Below are positions 29,940 to 39,558 of a stretch of 64,000 nt of DNA, piece after piece. Within the stretch, counting starts at the first letter, position 1. Each line of letters begins with the position of its first letter. The DNA lies in the NCBI GenBank assembly GCA_049322915.1, contig JBMOPW010000034.1, positions 616,567 to 680,566 on the forward strand, in the 5' to 3' direction. A model generated the notes under the pieces. That model did not search any database and had not been told where the DNA came from. It saw only the letters and a list, made by a program, of their open reading frames with translations. This DNA is from Candidatus Zhuqueibacterota bacterium. GTDB taxonomy: Bacteria; Zhuqueibacterota; Zhuqueibacteria; Thermofontimicrobiales; Thermofontimicrobiaceae. Both the position numbers and the translations under genes were made by a program.

Positions 29940-30569
29940 TTATAATAACGATTTGACAACATCGACAGCCGTGGCAGCATCGGCAGCGTAGCCATCCGCG
30001 CCAATTTCCTTGGCGTAACTGTCGGTCACCGGCGCGCCGCCAATGACGATCTTCACCTGATTCCGAATATTGGCGTTCTTGAGCGCTTCGATGGTGGCCT
30101 TCATATTCAGCATGGTCGTGGTGAGCAGCGCCGACATACCGATGACGTGGACGCCCTTATTCTTGACCGCATCCACGTATTTCTCGGGGGAGACATCCAC
30201 GCCGAGGTCCACCACTTCAAAGCCGCCGCCTTCCAGCATCATCGAGACAAGATTTTTGCCAATGTCGTGCAAATCGCCTTTCACCGTGCCAATGGCAATT
30301 TTGCCCACCGGCTCCACGCCGGTCTCGGTGAGCAGAGGCTTCAATATCTGCATGCCGTTTTTCATCGCCCGCGCGGCAATGAGCACTTCCGGCACATAGA
30401 ATTCGTTATTTTTGAACCGACGTCCTACTTCGGACATGCCCACCAGCATCCCATTATTCAGGACTTCCCGGGGAGATAAGCCTTCTTCAATGGCCTGTTT
30501 CGTCAGATTCTTGACCTCTTCTGCTTTTCCGTTGATCAGATTCGCTGCCAAATTTTCTAGTGTTGTCAT
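29940..30569 (-). CDS. Corrinoid (cobalamin-binding) protein of a methyltransferase system
   Basis: Cap domain (GMSEVG..F...EFYVPEVL) plus GTVKGDLHDIGKNLV (DxHxxG), SALLTTT, GGAP. Confidence 0.93.
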   Translation of the reverse strand: MTTLENLAANLINGKAEEVKNLTKQAIEEGLSPREVLNNGMLVGMSEVGRRFKNNEFYVPEVLIAARAMKNGMQILKPLLTETGVEPVGKIAIGTVKGDLHDIGKNLVSMMLEGGGFEVVDLGVDVSPEKYVDAVKNKGVHVIGMSALLTTTMLNMKATIEALKNANIRNQVKIVIGGAPVTDSYAKEIGADGYAADAATAVDVVKSLL

Positions 30570-30829
30570 GCTACGTCCCTTTCAAAAAATGATAGATTAA
30601 TTCTTCGTTAATTTGCATCGTTATATGGATTGAACCTCTGAACTTCTTTATCGACAGATTGTGATGATTTATTTCCCTGGTTCGGGCAGCGAGGCATTTC
30701 TACAAGCCGTTCGCGCGCTGAACGAGCGAAAAGAACCGCTCCGGCCTGAAATCTCGAAAACGGCCCATTCGATCCGATTGGAAAATGAAAGACAGGCCTG
30801 GCCGGTCGCAGCGCGGCTTTTCGCCGCGA

Positions 30830-31777
30830 TTAAAAATTGAACGACACGCTGACGCGGTTGACCGCGCCCATGATCTCGCCGAAATCTGTGTAGGAATAAT
30901 CCACCGTGCCGGCAACGCCGAGCAGCGACTGCTCCAAGCCAACGCCGAATGACCATTCACCCAGATCGGAATTCAGCCGATAGCCGCTACGGAGGAACAC
31001 CCAATCGAATGCGCCATATTCCAGCCCAAAGCTCATGCGTTCCGTATTATCCGTGGGATGAATCAAATCCACGATCAGTGTGACGCGGTTGTCCTCTGTG
31101 TGGAGCAAATCATCAGCCAGGCCCAGCTTGAACAGCAACGGCATGCGGAACGTATCGCGCAGCATCTTGATATCCGGGCCGAAATGCTGAGCCGCCACAG
31201 CGATGCGAAGATGGCGGAAGCCGGTGTCGTACAACGCGCCGATATCCATAAGCACGCTGGAGAATGAATCCTGATCCAACTGCTCCTTCACGTAGCGAAC
31301 CTGCGCGCCCATGGACAGTTTATCGGTGAATCGCCGCGCAAACGCCAGGCCCAGCGCAACATCGCTCGCCGATACCATTCTGCCGGTGCCGGCCTGTTGC
31401 AGCACCGTTGTCTCTTCAAATTCCGGCACGCCCAGATAAATGGCGCTGAGCCCCACAACGCCGATTTTTTCAATATTCATCGCCGCAGCCACGGCGCTAT
31501 GCTCGACGCCCAGCAGCCAGCCGGAATAAGAGAACGAGACCGCCCGCTTTTCAACGTGGGCAATGCCGGCCGGATTCCAGAAAATAGCGTTCACCCCCCT
31601 GGACACGGCCAGCGTCGCCTCACCGAGCGCGCATTCTTTCGCGCCAACGCCGATTTTCAAGAATTGAAGTCCGGCCGAGCCGGCCTTGCTGAAGTCAAAG
31701 CCGTAATCCCACTGAGCGTCGGCGGCGTTGACAAAGGCCAGGCTGAATATAATGATGATACTCTGTTTTATCTTCAT
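30830..31777 (-). CDS. PorV/PorQ-like (UPF0164) outer-membrane beta-barrel
   Basis: Signal peptide; FLKIGVGA...LGEA, FWNPAG; alternating beta strands; C-terminal Phe. Confidence 0.8.
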   Translation of the reverse strand: MKIKQSIIIIFSLAFVNAADAQWDYGFDFSKAGSAGLQFLKIGVGAKECALGEATLAVSRGVNAIFWNPAGIAHVEKRAVSFSYSGWLLGVEHSAVAAAMNIEKIGVVGLSAIYLGVPEFEETTVLQQAGTGRMVSASDVALGLAFARRFTDKLSMGAQVRYVKEQLDQDSFSSVLMDIGALYDTGFRHLRIAVAAQHFGPDIKMLRDTFRMPLLFKLGLADDLLHTEDNRVTLIVDLIHPTDNTERMSFGLEYGAFDWVFLRSGYRLNSDLGEWSFGVGLEQSLLGVAGTVDYSYTDFGEIMGAVNRVSVSFNF

Positions 31778-31815
31778 GAGAGAAATCTCCTCTTCCAAAT
31801 TTCTTGTTCAACCAT

Positions 31816-33645
31816 CTATTTGATCAGCATCAGCGTGCCTTTGGCGTTTCCCACTTCGGACTCGACGGTGTAGAGATAAACGCCGGCAGCCGTTTTCTGG
31901 CGGGAATCGCTGAGCTGGTCCCACACCTCTTCCCCTGAATTGGGATTATTGTGTTCCAGGGTGCGCACCAGTTCCCCATTGATGGTGTAAAGCCGAATGG
32001 TGCAAACCGCTGGCAGATTGGTGAAGACAATGGAGCTTTCCTCGCCAGCCGTGGGCAGGCCGGAAACCAACCGGAACGGATTGGGAAACACGCTCACTTT
32101 CAGCGCATTGTCCGCAGGCTCAGTGGCGGTCACCAGCGCCGCGGTATTGCGATTGGTGAAACCGCTCTCGTGGCCGTCAGCGTCCACCGACGTGATCGCA
32201 TAAAAATACCCGACGCCCACCTGGACCGTGTTGTCCTTGTATTTCCACACGTTCAAATCCCCATCGAAATAGCGGCTGATATCCGTGCTCCGATCGAGGC
32301 GAATTTCCTTCAGCCGCGTGTAGGGGCCGGTGAATGCACGGTCGCTGCGATAGACCCGATACCGCGCCAGATCATTGGTATTGTTGATCGGATCGATCCA
32401 ATCCTTCAAATCCGGCGGCCAGGTGATGACGATTTCCTGGGTGGACGGCAGCACGTACTTCTCCGTTTCCGGCGAAGGCGGCGCGATTGAGACTGGCACG
32501 TAATTGCTGTCGAACAGCGCGGACGCCCTGTCAATGGTCTTTTTCAACGAATCCAGCCCTTTGACCAGCTTCGACTGGGAGGCGAGGCCTTTAATCGCCT
32601 CGTCCTGTCCAATGCCATTGACCGCCTCGACGATCACGATTTTCGCGTTCGCGCCAGCAGCCAGGTCGTACGGCCCAAAGCCCAGCAGCATGATTGGCGA
32701 GAGCAATTCACCGGCCGGCGCCTGAAGCGAAGCATCCGCCCCGGAAAGGATGTTGTACAGCGCATCGGCAGTCTGGCTGCTGCTCGTGAAATGCTGGGTA
32801 TTGTTGATGGTCTGGGCGTAAAAGACCGTGTGCGGCTGGGCAGAACCATCTTTGGCCGGATCATAATACAGCGGCGCATAGCCGGCATAGCCTGTGGAGC
32901 GAAGCTCCCCGCGCGATTCCACAAAATTACCGTAATCCCAGGGAATGGACTCGTTGGCTGCCGCATCGTAGGCGTAAAACAACTGGCGCGACGCATCGTA
33001 TCCAACGATTTCATCATCCACGTTCAGATTATCGCCCCAGAAACCATGCGCCAAAATGTCCTGATAGCTGGGACGAATCAGGTACGGGAATCCGAAAAAG
33101 ACGTCCGTCAGATTTTCCGCCGTGGTGTTGGTGAAGATATATTCGAAAATGATGAAATCGGCAAACGCAGGGTAACTCCAGGCCCGGCTCACGCGCCGGA
33201 CATCGATGCCCCGCGTTGTGATCCAGTGCGCTGTAATTTTTTCTTCGGCTTCCTGATAATTGAAGCCGGCCGAACCGATAAAATTTTCTTCTTCCGTCAT
33301 TTCGAAGAATGTGCCCAAATCGGCAAACGTGAACGGTCCCATTTCGTTGAAGAAAACCGTGCCATTGGCATTCCTGCCGCCAATCCAGAGACCGGCGCCC
33401 TGCATGTTGGAGCGCTGCTCGTCCTTTGTGGGGAGCACTGCCGGACCACCCGGCCAGTCCAGGCTTGGATAAAATTCAAACGGCGAAAACATACCGCCGA
33501 TCTGGCCATTATCTTTCACTGTCTCCCAGAGATCGCCGCGGTCGTGTATTTTGAACAACGGCTCCCGATACTGGGCTTGGGCGACAGTCGCCAGGAAGAA
33601 AATGGCTACAACGTATATCGGAAGTAACCTTAATTTATTTGACAT
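31816..33645 (-). CDS. Secreted protein with FN3-like module and T9SS type A-like C-terminal domain
   Basis: Signal peptide; YRVYRS...YFYAITSVD; VSVFPNPF..IRLYTINGELVRTL..WD..AGVYLY..LMLIK. Confidence 0.8.
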   Translation of the reverse strand: MSNKLRLLPIYVVAIFFLATVAQAQYREPLFKIHDRGDLWETVKDNGQIGGMFSPFEFYPSLDWPGGPAVLPTKDEQRSNMQGAGLWIGGRNANGTVFFNEMGPFTFADLGTFFEMTEEENFIGSAGFNYQEAEEKITAHWITTRGIDVRRVSRAWSYPAFADFIIFEYIFTNTTAENLTDVFFGFPYLIRPSYQDILAHGFWGDNLNVDDEIVGYDASRQLFYAYDAAANESIPWDYGNFVESRGELRSTGYAGYAPLYYDPAKDGSAQPHTVFYAQTINNTQHFTSSSQTADALYNILSGADASLQAPAGELLSPIMLLGFGPYDLAAGANAKIVIVEAVNGIGQDEAIKGLASQSKLVKGLDSLKKTIDRASALFDSNYVPVSIAPPSPETEKYVLPSTQEIVITWPPDLKDWIDPINNTNDLARYRVYRSDRAFTGPYTRLKEIRLDRSTDISRYFDGDLNVWKYKDNTVQVGVGYFYAITSVDADGHESGFTNRNTAALVTATEPADNALKVSVFPNPFRLVSGLPTAGEESSIVFTNLPAVCTIRLYTINGELVRTLEHNNPNSGEEVWDQLSDSRQKTAAGVYLYTVESEVGNAKGTLMLIK

Positions 33646-33848
33646 TGTGATCTCCTTGATTGAGAGAGATAACTGAATGCGTCAACCACCGTCCCACCCT
33701 GTAGTTCAAGACTTCAACTGCTGCGAATCATTTCCCGCTATCCGGCCGTCGGATTCCGGCTTGTGTCCGGAGTGACGAAACTCGTTCTCCAACCTGAATT
33801 TCGACCGAACTGTCCGGGATCGATCCGGCGTCCTGTTTCCATCTCCGA

Positions 33849-36821
33849 TCATCTGAAATTATATTTCAATCCGAACCAGATGCTGCGCGGGGCATAATAA
33901 ATGGAGTAGCTGATATTGTATCCGTCCGGGTCAATGGGAGTGGTCTCGCCGGTCTCGACAAATTTTTCCAGCGCCTCCAGGTCCCAGAGATTGCCCCAGG
34001 CCCTGACATTTTTCTGGTTGAACAAATTGGTAATTTTAGTATACAGCGTAACGGTATGCTGGCCGAACGTCAGATATTTATTGAATTTCAAATCCCATGT
34101 CTGCCGCGCCGGGAAACGTCGGTTGTTCAGCAGATCCGGTGGATCATCCGCTTCCAGGTAGGTGAACGACTGACCGCTGATATACTGATAGAGCAGACTG
34201 AGATCGGTATTGCCGAGGACTGTGCTCAGGCCGGGGATGTTCCAGTTGTCCGGATATTGCATGAAGAAATTCGCGCGAAGCAAATGAGGCCGGCTGTAGC
34301 TCTTCTCGGTCGGCAGCCTGTCCGATGCCTCCACATACCATTGGTACGTCACGTTGCCATCCGCACCCACATGTATCTGCCACGGGGTCGCTTTGCCAAA
34401 CGTGCTTTTGGAGAAGCTGTAATTCACATCGATGATAATATTTTTGCTGAATAACGTTTTGGCTGAAACCTCCACGCCGCGCGCATCGCCATAGTCGCCG
34501 CTGTAGCGACTGCTGTAAAAGACGCGCGATTCGCTGGCCGAGTACGGATCCCAGCCGTAAACGCGCTTGTCCAAAAATTCTGCCCGTTCCGTCTGGTCGA
34601 AGACATCCTTGTAAAAACCAGTGATGTTCAAAACCGCGATATCTTCGATGTGATGTTTGATGCCCATTTCGAATTGAATGGTCTTTTCAGGTTTCAATGG
34701 TTCCAGCGTCATGTTGATGACGCGTTCAGGATCGGAGTCCGTCGAAGGCGCACCCTTGATGATTGACACGGGTCGGAAGTAGGCGAAGTCGTACTGGGCA
34801 TTGATGGCCGGCATCTGGTAGAAATGGCCGTAGCTGAAATGGAAGACCGATTTTTCCGTGATCGGGAAAGAAATGCCGATCCGCGGATTCAACGAATGCG
34901 ATGGTTTCACACGCTCGCGTTCTTTATCCAGCACATTTTGATAGTCCCATTTTTTATTGCCCAGAGAATCGATGCCATCTTTATCCGGATCCAGGGACGT
35001 GACGTAGTCGGTGTTCAAACTCGGATTCACCTGAAAACTGTTGACGGTGAACCAGTCGCGATTGCCATCGTACATGTCATATCGCAGACCCATATTGAGG
35101 ATCATGCTCTCGAATTCCATTTTATCCTGGACGTAACATGCAAACTGGATCGGATGATAGGTCTCGTTCAAACCGCGGACGCGCCAGTCGGCCAGGTCAT
35201 CGCTCCATTCGGCCATTACCCAGCTATTTTCATCGAACGTGTTGTAATGAAATTCAAATCCGCTCTTCAGCAAATTGTTGGCATTGAATTGCCAGTTCAG
35301 ATGTCCCACCAGGGAGAGGTCGCTGGTTCGGTTATGAACCAGCGGGGTGAATTGATGCGCGATGAACGGCTCATCTTCGAATCCATCGTAACGATGCCAG
35401 CCCCAGACATCCGGCTTCAACGATTCGCCCAATACCCGGTATGAGCTCGCCATCTGATCCTGTTTCAGCGTGTATGAACTCAATTTCAGTTCGTAAAACA
35501 TATTCGGCGAGATGACATGCGTCAGACCGAGACGGCCCTGATACACGTAATTATCCAGGAGCGAACCGTAGCCGCGATAATATTTGGCGAGCAGCGGAAA
35601 CGACTCCTCGGCATTGGTCGCATGCTCGTCGTGGCTGTACATGCCGCCGAATTTGATATTCATTCCCGGCCCCACCGCATAATTGCCGCTCAGGTTGAAG
35701 TCCGTCAGATTTCTGGTATCGCGCGGACGGGGCAGTTCATAGGGCTGCTGCTGATAGCGGCCGGTGAGGAAGAAAGTCATCTTCTTCAGTTCATCCCCGA
35801 TGATCGGCAAAAAACCACCGATGACCGGGCCGCCCAGTGAAAAGCGGATTTCGTGATCCGCAAAATCGCGATAGTCGTAAACTTGCTTCTGCCGATCCGG
35901 AATCCACCAGGCCGGGTCCAGATTCGAATTGCCGAGGCTGTCGGTGATTGTGTGTTTGATGAATTCGATATTCCTGGCCGGATCGAACAGGTAATCGCCG
36001 AAGTGGCGCTGATGGGGATTGTTGTACTGGTAGTCCATCGAAAACGTATATTTCTGGTCGCCCTCTTTGGTAATCACGTTGACGATGCCGGATTGCGCCT
36101 GGCCGTACTCGGCGTTGAATCCGCCGGTGATCACCTGAACCTCTTTCACCGCGTCTTTGTTGATTCGGGTGTAAGATCCGCCGGCGTCGGCCGTGGCTTC
36201 AGACCATGCGGCAGAGCGCATGCCGTCGATGTACCAGACCACTTCATCCTGATCGCCGCCGCGCACAGAATATCGAGGCTCGCCGCGACCCGTGCCGGAG
36301 AGATTGCCTTCCACCGGGATGGGATCGAAAAACACGCCGGTCTGTAAATTGACCGCTTCAATCACTTCGGTGGCAGTGGATTGCTCAATTTCCTCCAGCC
36401 CCACAACCTCAACGCTGGTGGTCAGATCTTTCTGTATGACCGGCCGCTCCGCCTGGACAATCACGGACTCACCGAGGTCCAGCACTTCCTGATCCAGGAC
36501 GAAATCAACTCTCGTCGTCTGGTCCATACTCACTTTCACATGCTGCACCTCGGTGTAGGCATACCCCATCATTTTGGCGATGACGGTGTACTCACCCGGA
36601 GGCACGGAGATGATGAAGTAGTTCCCATGGATATCCGAGCCAGCGCCGAGGTAGGTGCCTTTGAGTTGAATATTGACCATAGCCAGAGGTTCATTGGTCT
36701 GCCGATCTTTCACCACCCCGGCTATTTTTCCGGTCGTTCCTGCAAAGACCAGATAGGGCATTGTCAGGAAAAAACCGAGCCAACGAATTTTGCGGAAAAT
36801 CTTATGCGTCTTTTTGACCAT
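33849..36821 (-). CDS. TonB-dependent receptor
   Basis: Signal peptide, N-terminal carboxypeptidase-regulatory-like domain (GKIAGVVKD), plug (VRGG, TGGFNAEYGQAQSGIVN), barrel, C-terminal PRSIWFGLKYNFR. Confidence 0.92.
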   Translation of the reverse strand: MVKKTHKIFRKIRWLGFFLTMPYLVFAGTTGKIAGVVKDRQTNEPLAMVNIQLKGTYLGAGSDIHGNYFIISVPPGEYTVIAKMMGYAYTEVQHVKVSMDQTTRVDFVLDQEVLDLGESVIVQAERPVIQKDLTTSVEVVGLEEIEQSTATEVIEAVNLQTGVFFDPIPVEGNLSGTGRGEPRYSVRGGDQDEVVWYIDGMRSAAWSEATADAGGSYTRINKDAVKEVQVITGGFNAEYGQAQSGIVNVITKEGDQKYTFSMDYQYNNPHQRHFGDYLFDPARNIEFIKHTITDSLGNSNLDPAWWIPDRQKQVYDYRDFADHEIRFSLGGPVIGGFLPIIGDELKKMTFFLTGRYQQQPYELPRPRDTRNLTDFNLSGNYAVGPGMNIKFGGMYSHDEHATNAEESFPLLAKYYRGYGSLLDNYVYQGRLGLTHVISPNMFYELKLSSYTLKQDQMASSYRVLGESLKPDVWGWHRYDGFEDEPFIAHQFTPLVHNRTSDLSLVGHLNWQFNANNLLKSGFEFHYNTFDENSWVMAEWSDDLADWRVRGLNETYHPIQFACYVQDKMEFESMILNMGLRYDMYDGNRDWFTVNSFQVNPSLNTDYVTSLDPDKDGIDSLGNKKWDYQNVLDKERERVKPSHSLNPRIGISFPITEKSVFHFSYGHFYQMPAINAQYDFAYFRPVSIIKGAPSTDSDPERVINMTLEPLKPEKTIQFEMGIKHHIEDIAVLNITGFYKDVFDQTERAEFLDKRVYGWDPYSASESRVFYSSRYSGDYGDARGVEVSAKTLFSKNIIIDVNYSFSKSTFGKATPWQIHVGADGNVTYQWYVEASDRLPTEKSYSRPHLLRANFFMQYPDNWNIPGLSTVLGNTDLSLLYQYISGQSFTYLEADDPPDLLNNRRFPARQTWDLKFNKYLTFGQHTVTLYTKITNLFNQKNVRAWGNLWDLEALEKFVETGETTPIDPDGYNISYSIYYAPRSIWFGLKYNFR

Positions 36822-36952
36822 AAAGCCCTCCCTAAAAATTCTTTCAAGCTGGAACATGAAATCAAATCAACTTTTATCCGCCGCACATCACCAACAAGTT
36901 TTTGTTCAATAAAAATGCACTCGCCCGGCGCGCTCACCAATCTGCGCACCGC

Positions 36953-38374
36953 TCAGGACGGACGCGCAGCCCCATTGACTTCTGCAAGCGCTGCATCGCT
37001 CAAAAAGGCCTGATGCAGCAGCAAGGCCTCTGGCAAACCGCCTTTCAGAATATGGCTGGCATGACTCAAATCGTGTCCCTGAGTATCGGCAAACGGAACA
37101 GCCACGCACAGCCCGATGCCGGCCGCGCGAATCGCAATCAGCCCGGATTCGCTGTCCTCAAAGCCGATGACTTTGTTGTAATCCGCCGCGGGAATACCCA
37201 ATTGATGCAACGCCAGACTGTACAGATCGCGATGCGGCTTGAGTCGAATTTCACTGGAGTCCGAAGCCGTAATGATGGCATCAAAGACCTGGCCGGGATT
37301 TTCGAACGCCTGAAGGAGAAATGCCTTCTTTTCCGGGCGCACATCCCAATCGCTCACCTGCCGGCGAATCATTTTGAACACTTCGGCCAGAACGATTTCC
37401 GCTTCATAGGCGATGGATGAAGTGACAATGGCGATTTTCAGAGGATGCGCCTGAAAATAGCCGCCGATGCGTTTCAACTGCTGCCGGCCTTCAGCCAGAC
37501 GGGATTCAGCAGCGGTCACATGCGGATTGGTTCTCAGCGCGTCCGTCAAATGCTGGGAGAAACGATCCAGATCGTCGCCGAGCCATCCTTTTATCGTCGC
37601 CAGAAACACGGCGACTCCAGGCATGGGTTCGATCAGATTCATATTTTCATCCGGCAGAAGCCCTTTCAGATCATCGGCCTGGCCGCCGGCAATTTTCGCA
37701 AGTATCTCGTGATAGCGCTGGTAGTAAACATCGATTGCGGCGCGCACCTGATCGATCTCGGATCCGAACCGAATGCGTTCCGTATATCGCTGCACGAGCG
37801 CCCTGATTTCGTCGGCATCGAAAAATTCGGCGTCGCCGGATGCGTCCTGCAACCAGCGTCCGATCTCCATCTCCCGGACAATGTCGCCACACGAAAAATG
37901 ACTGAGCGTTTGCATCACTTCCCGTTTGCGGGTGGCGTCCCTGCCCTGTTTCAGAGTGAGCAGCGCTGCCTTCAAATAAGCGTGACGAAAATGGTTCACG
38001 TCAAATCGGGACTGGTAGGTCCTGACCAGATACTCCACATGTTTGGTGGTGCTATTGCCGATGATGTGCGGGTAATCGGCGTCGCGATCCAGTCCGGCCC
38101 ATTGCTGCGTTGTCATTCGTCCGCTGAATTGTCGCACCATGGTTTCCAGGGAATGCAGGCACAAATTTTCCGTTGTGGTCGTGGTGCCATCCATATCCTG
38201 AACCACAGCCACCAGCCGATCCTGGTTGGTTGTGATTTTCGGCGCCAACGGGCAGATATCGTATCGCGAATAAATGTAATCCGGATTTTTGATGGCAATG
38301 AACTCATCTCCCAATTGGGATAACAGCGCCATCACGCTTTGTTTATTTGTGTTCACATCAAATTTAGCATTCAT
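36953..38374 (-). CDS. HAD-superfamily hydrolase with large cap insertion
   Basis: Motif I DMDGT, II VTSS, III LKPHRDLY, IV GFEDSESG; start overlaps the upstream stop (TGATG). Confidence 0.82.
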   Translation of the reverse strand: MNAKFDVNTNKQSVMALLSQLGDEFIAIKNPDYIYSRYDICPLAPKITTNQDRLVAVVQDMDGTTTTTENLCLHSLETMVRQFSGRMTTQQWAGLDRDADYPHIIGNSTTKHVEYLVRTYQSRFDVNHFRHAYLKAALLTLKQGRDATRKREVMQTLSHFSCGDIVREMEIGRWLQDASGDAEFFDADEIRALVQRYTERIRFGSEIDQVRAAIDVYYQRYHEILAKIAGGQADDLKGLLPDENMNLIEPMPGVAVFLATIKGWLGDDLDRFSQHLTDALRTNPHVTAAESRLAEGRQQLKRIGGYFQAHPLKIAIVTSSIAYEAEIVLAEVFKMIRRQVSDWDVRPEKKAFLLQAFENPGQVFDAIITASDSSEIRLKPHRDLYSLALHQLGIPAADYNKVIGFEDSESGLIAIRAAGIGLCVAVPFADTQGHDLSHASHILKGGLPEALLLHQAFLSDAALAEVNGAARPS

Positions 38375-39036
38375 CAGTTCGCATCATTCAGTTTCAGTAA
38401 ATCCCTGGCAACCTGAACAGCCGATACGGCATCATCTGCATAGCCATCCGCTTTAATGAGTTGGGCAAATCGCGCCGTAATGGGCGCGCCTCCGATCAGA
38501 ACTTTTACCTTTTTCCGGATTCCGGCCACCCGCAACGCTTCGAGTGTAATTTTCATCATGGGCATGGTTGTGGTTAATAACGCGGATAGAGCGAGGATAT
38601 GAGGCGAATACTCAATTGCCTTTTCAACAAATTTCTCAGGGGCAATATCGACGCCCAAATCGATAACTTCGAAACCGGCGCCTTCGAGCATGATGATGAC
38701 CAGATTCTTCCCGATATTATGTAGGTCTCCTTTCACGGTTCCAATCACCACCCGTTTGAATAATTTCTTTTCCGATTTCGTCAACAGCGGCCGAAGCACA
38801 TCCAGGCCGGCATGCATGGCGCTTGCTGCGACCAGCACCTCGGGAACGTAAATTTCATTTTCTTTGAACAGCATGCTGATTTCTTTCATGCCGGGAATTA
38901 ACCCATGATAGAGCAGATCAAGCGGTTTTTGACGATCCTTCAGCCCGCTTTCGATCAATTCCCTTATTGCAGAACTGTTGCCCTTCCGCAAACAAGCAGA
39001 GATTTCATCGTACAACTGGTTTCCGTCATTTGCCAA
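38374..39036 (-). CDS. Corrinoid (cobalamin-binding) protein, second paralog
   Basis: EIYVPEVL cap, GTVKGDLHNIGKNLV, SALLTTT, GGAP; TTG start. Confidence 0.9.
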   Translation of the reverse strand: MANDGNQLYDEISACLRKGNSSAIRELIESGLKDRQKPLDLLYHGLIPGMKEISMLFKENEIYVPEVLVAASAMHAGLDVLRPLLTKSEKKLFKRVVIGTVKGDLHNIGKNLVIIMLEGAGFEVIDLGVDIAPEKFVEKAIEYSPHILALSALLTTTMPMMKITLEALRVAGIRKKVKVLIGGAPITARFAQLIKADGYADDAVSAVQVARDLLKLNDAN

Positions 39037-39049
39037 ACGAACAAGCCTT

Positions 39050-39196
39050 TCAGTTACTGTTCCGTCGTCTTGCTGTAATTCGCGTCGGTCGATCTACAGC
39101 GAGTTTTAGCTGGTCTCTGTTCCGTCTCCGTTTGAAAATCCCGCGATTGAATAAGGCGCGAATTTCACGGCAAAGCTGGTCTGAGTTCAGTTCCAT
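39050..39196 (-). CDS. Putative 48-aa Arg-rich small protein
   Basis: ATG at 39196 with GGAGGT 6 nt upstream; stop lies 13 bp before the corrinoid gene start. Confidence 0.45.
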   Translation of the reverse strand: MELNSDQLCREIRALFNRGIFKRRRNRDQLKLAVDRPTRITARRRNSN

Positions 39197-39290
39197 GACG
39201 CCACCTCCAATTGGGGTCGTTTTCTCCCCGATACCCATTTTTCACGGGCGCTGCGTCAAGGCGATTGAGTTGAACTGGTAAAAAAAAATT

Positions 39291-39453
39291 GTGATATTCA
39301 GGTTGTTCGGTTCATCGTTCAAGGTTCAAAGTGAATGACCTTTCCTGGTCAGTTCCCGCGCCGGTTGCCAGTCCTGAATTTCTTCAGACTGTTTAATTTC
39401 GTGTCTCGTAAACCCTGAACCGGTCACTTTGAACGTTGAACCTGAATGGCTAT
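39291..39453. mobile_element. Miniature inverted-repeat element related to 20099-20246
   Basis: Ends ATTCAGGTT...AACCTGAAT; shares GGTTCATCGTTCARGGTTCA with the 20.1 kb copy; inverted TGAAC heptamers at the right end. Confidence 0.55.
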
Positions 39454-39462
39454 AGATAATTC

Positions 39463-39534
39463 ACTATAAGTTAATATTTTTTTGAAAATAGTATTGTGTT
39501 TTGTAGCTTTTCTTTGGTAATATATTGTTTTATT
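39463..39534 (-). promoter_or_regulatory. Putative activator-dependent promoter of the locus
   Basis: Minus-strand TATAGT (-10-like, 39463-39468), poor -35, two ACAATA-core direct repeats 31 bp apart; directly downstream of the AraC gene. Confidence 0.3.
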
Positions 39535-39558
39535 CGTCCAGGTCCCGGCAGCCGTTTA

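Noticed and set aside
28710..29945. Long + strand ORF (411 aa) and similar antisense ORFs (e.g. 20675-21736, 27027-27968, 41448-42476, 46728-47705)
   Set aside because: Shadows of well-supported genes on the opposite strand; no recognisable motifs; expected at this GC content
33720..33840. CCGG-rich hairpins between the TonB and CTD genes (similar at 60374-60400)
   Set aside because: Too degenerate to define a repeat family or terminator
33849..39558. BtuB-type B12 receptor under a cobalamin riboswitch
   Set aside because: No B12-box or riboswitch core found upstream; the ~990-aa receptor with an N-terminal extension is unlike BtuB. B12 as cargo is not strictly excluded
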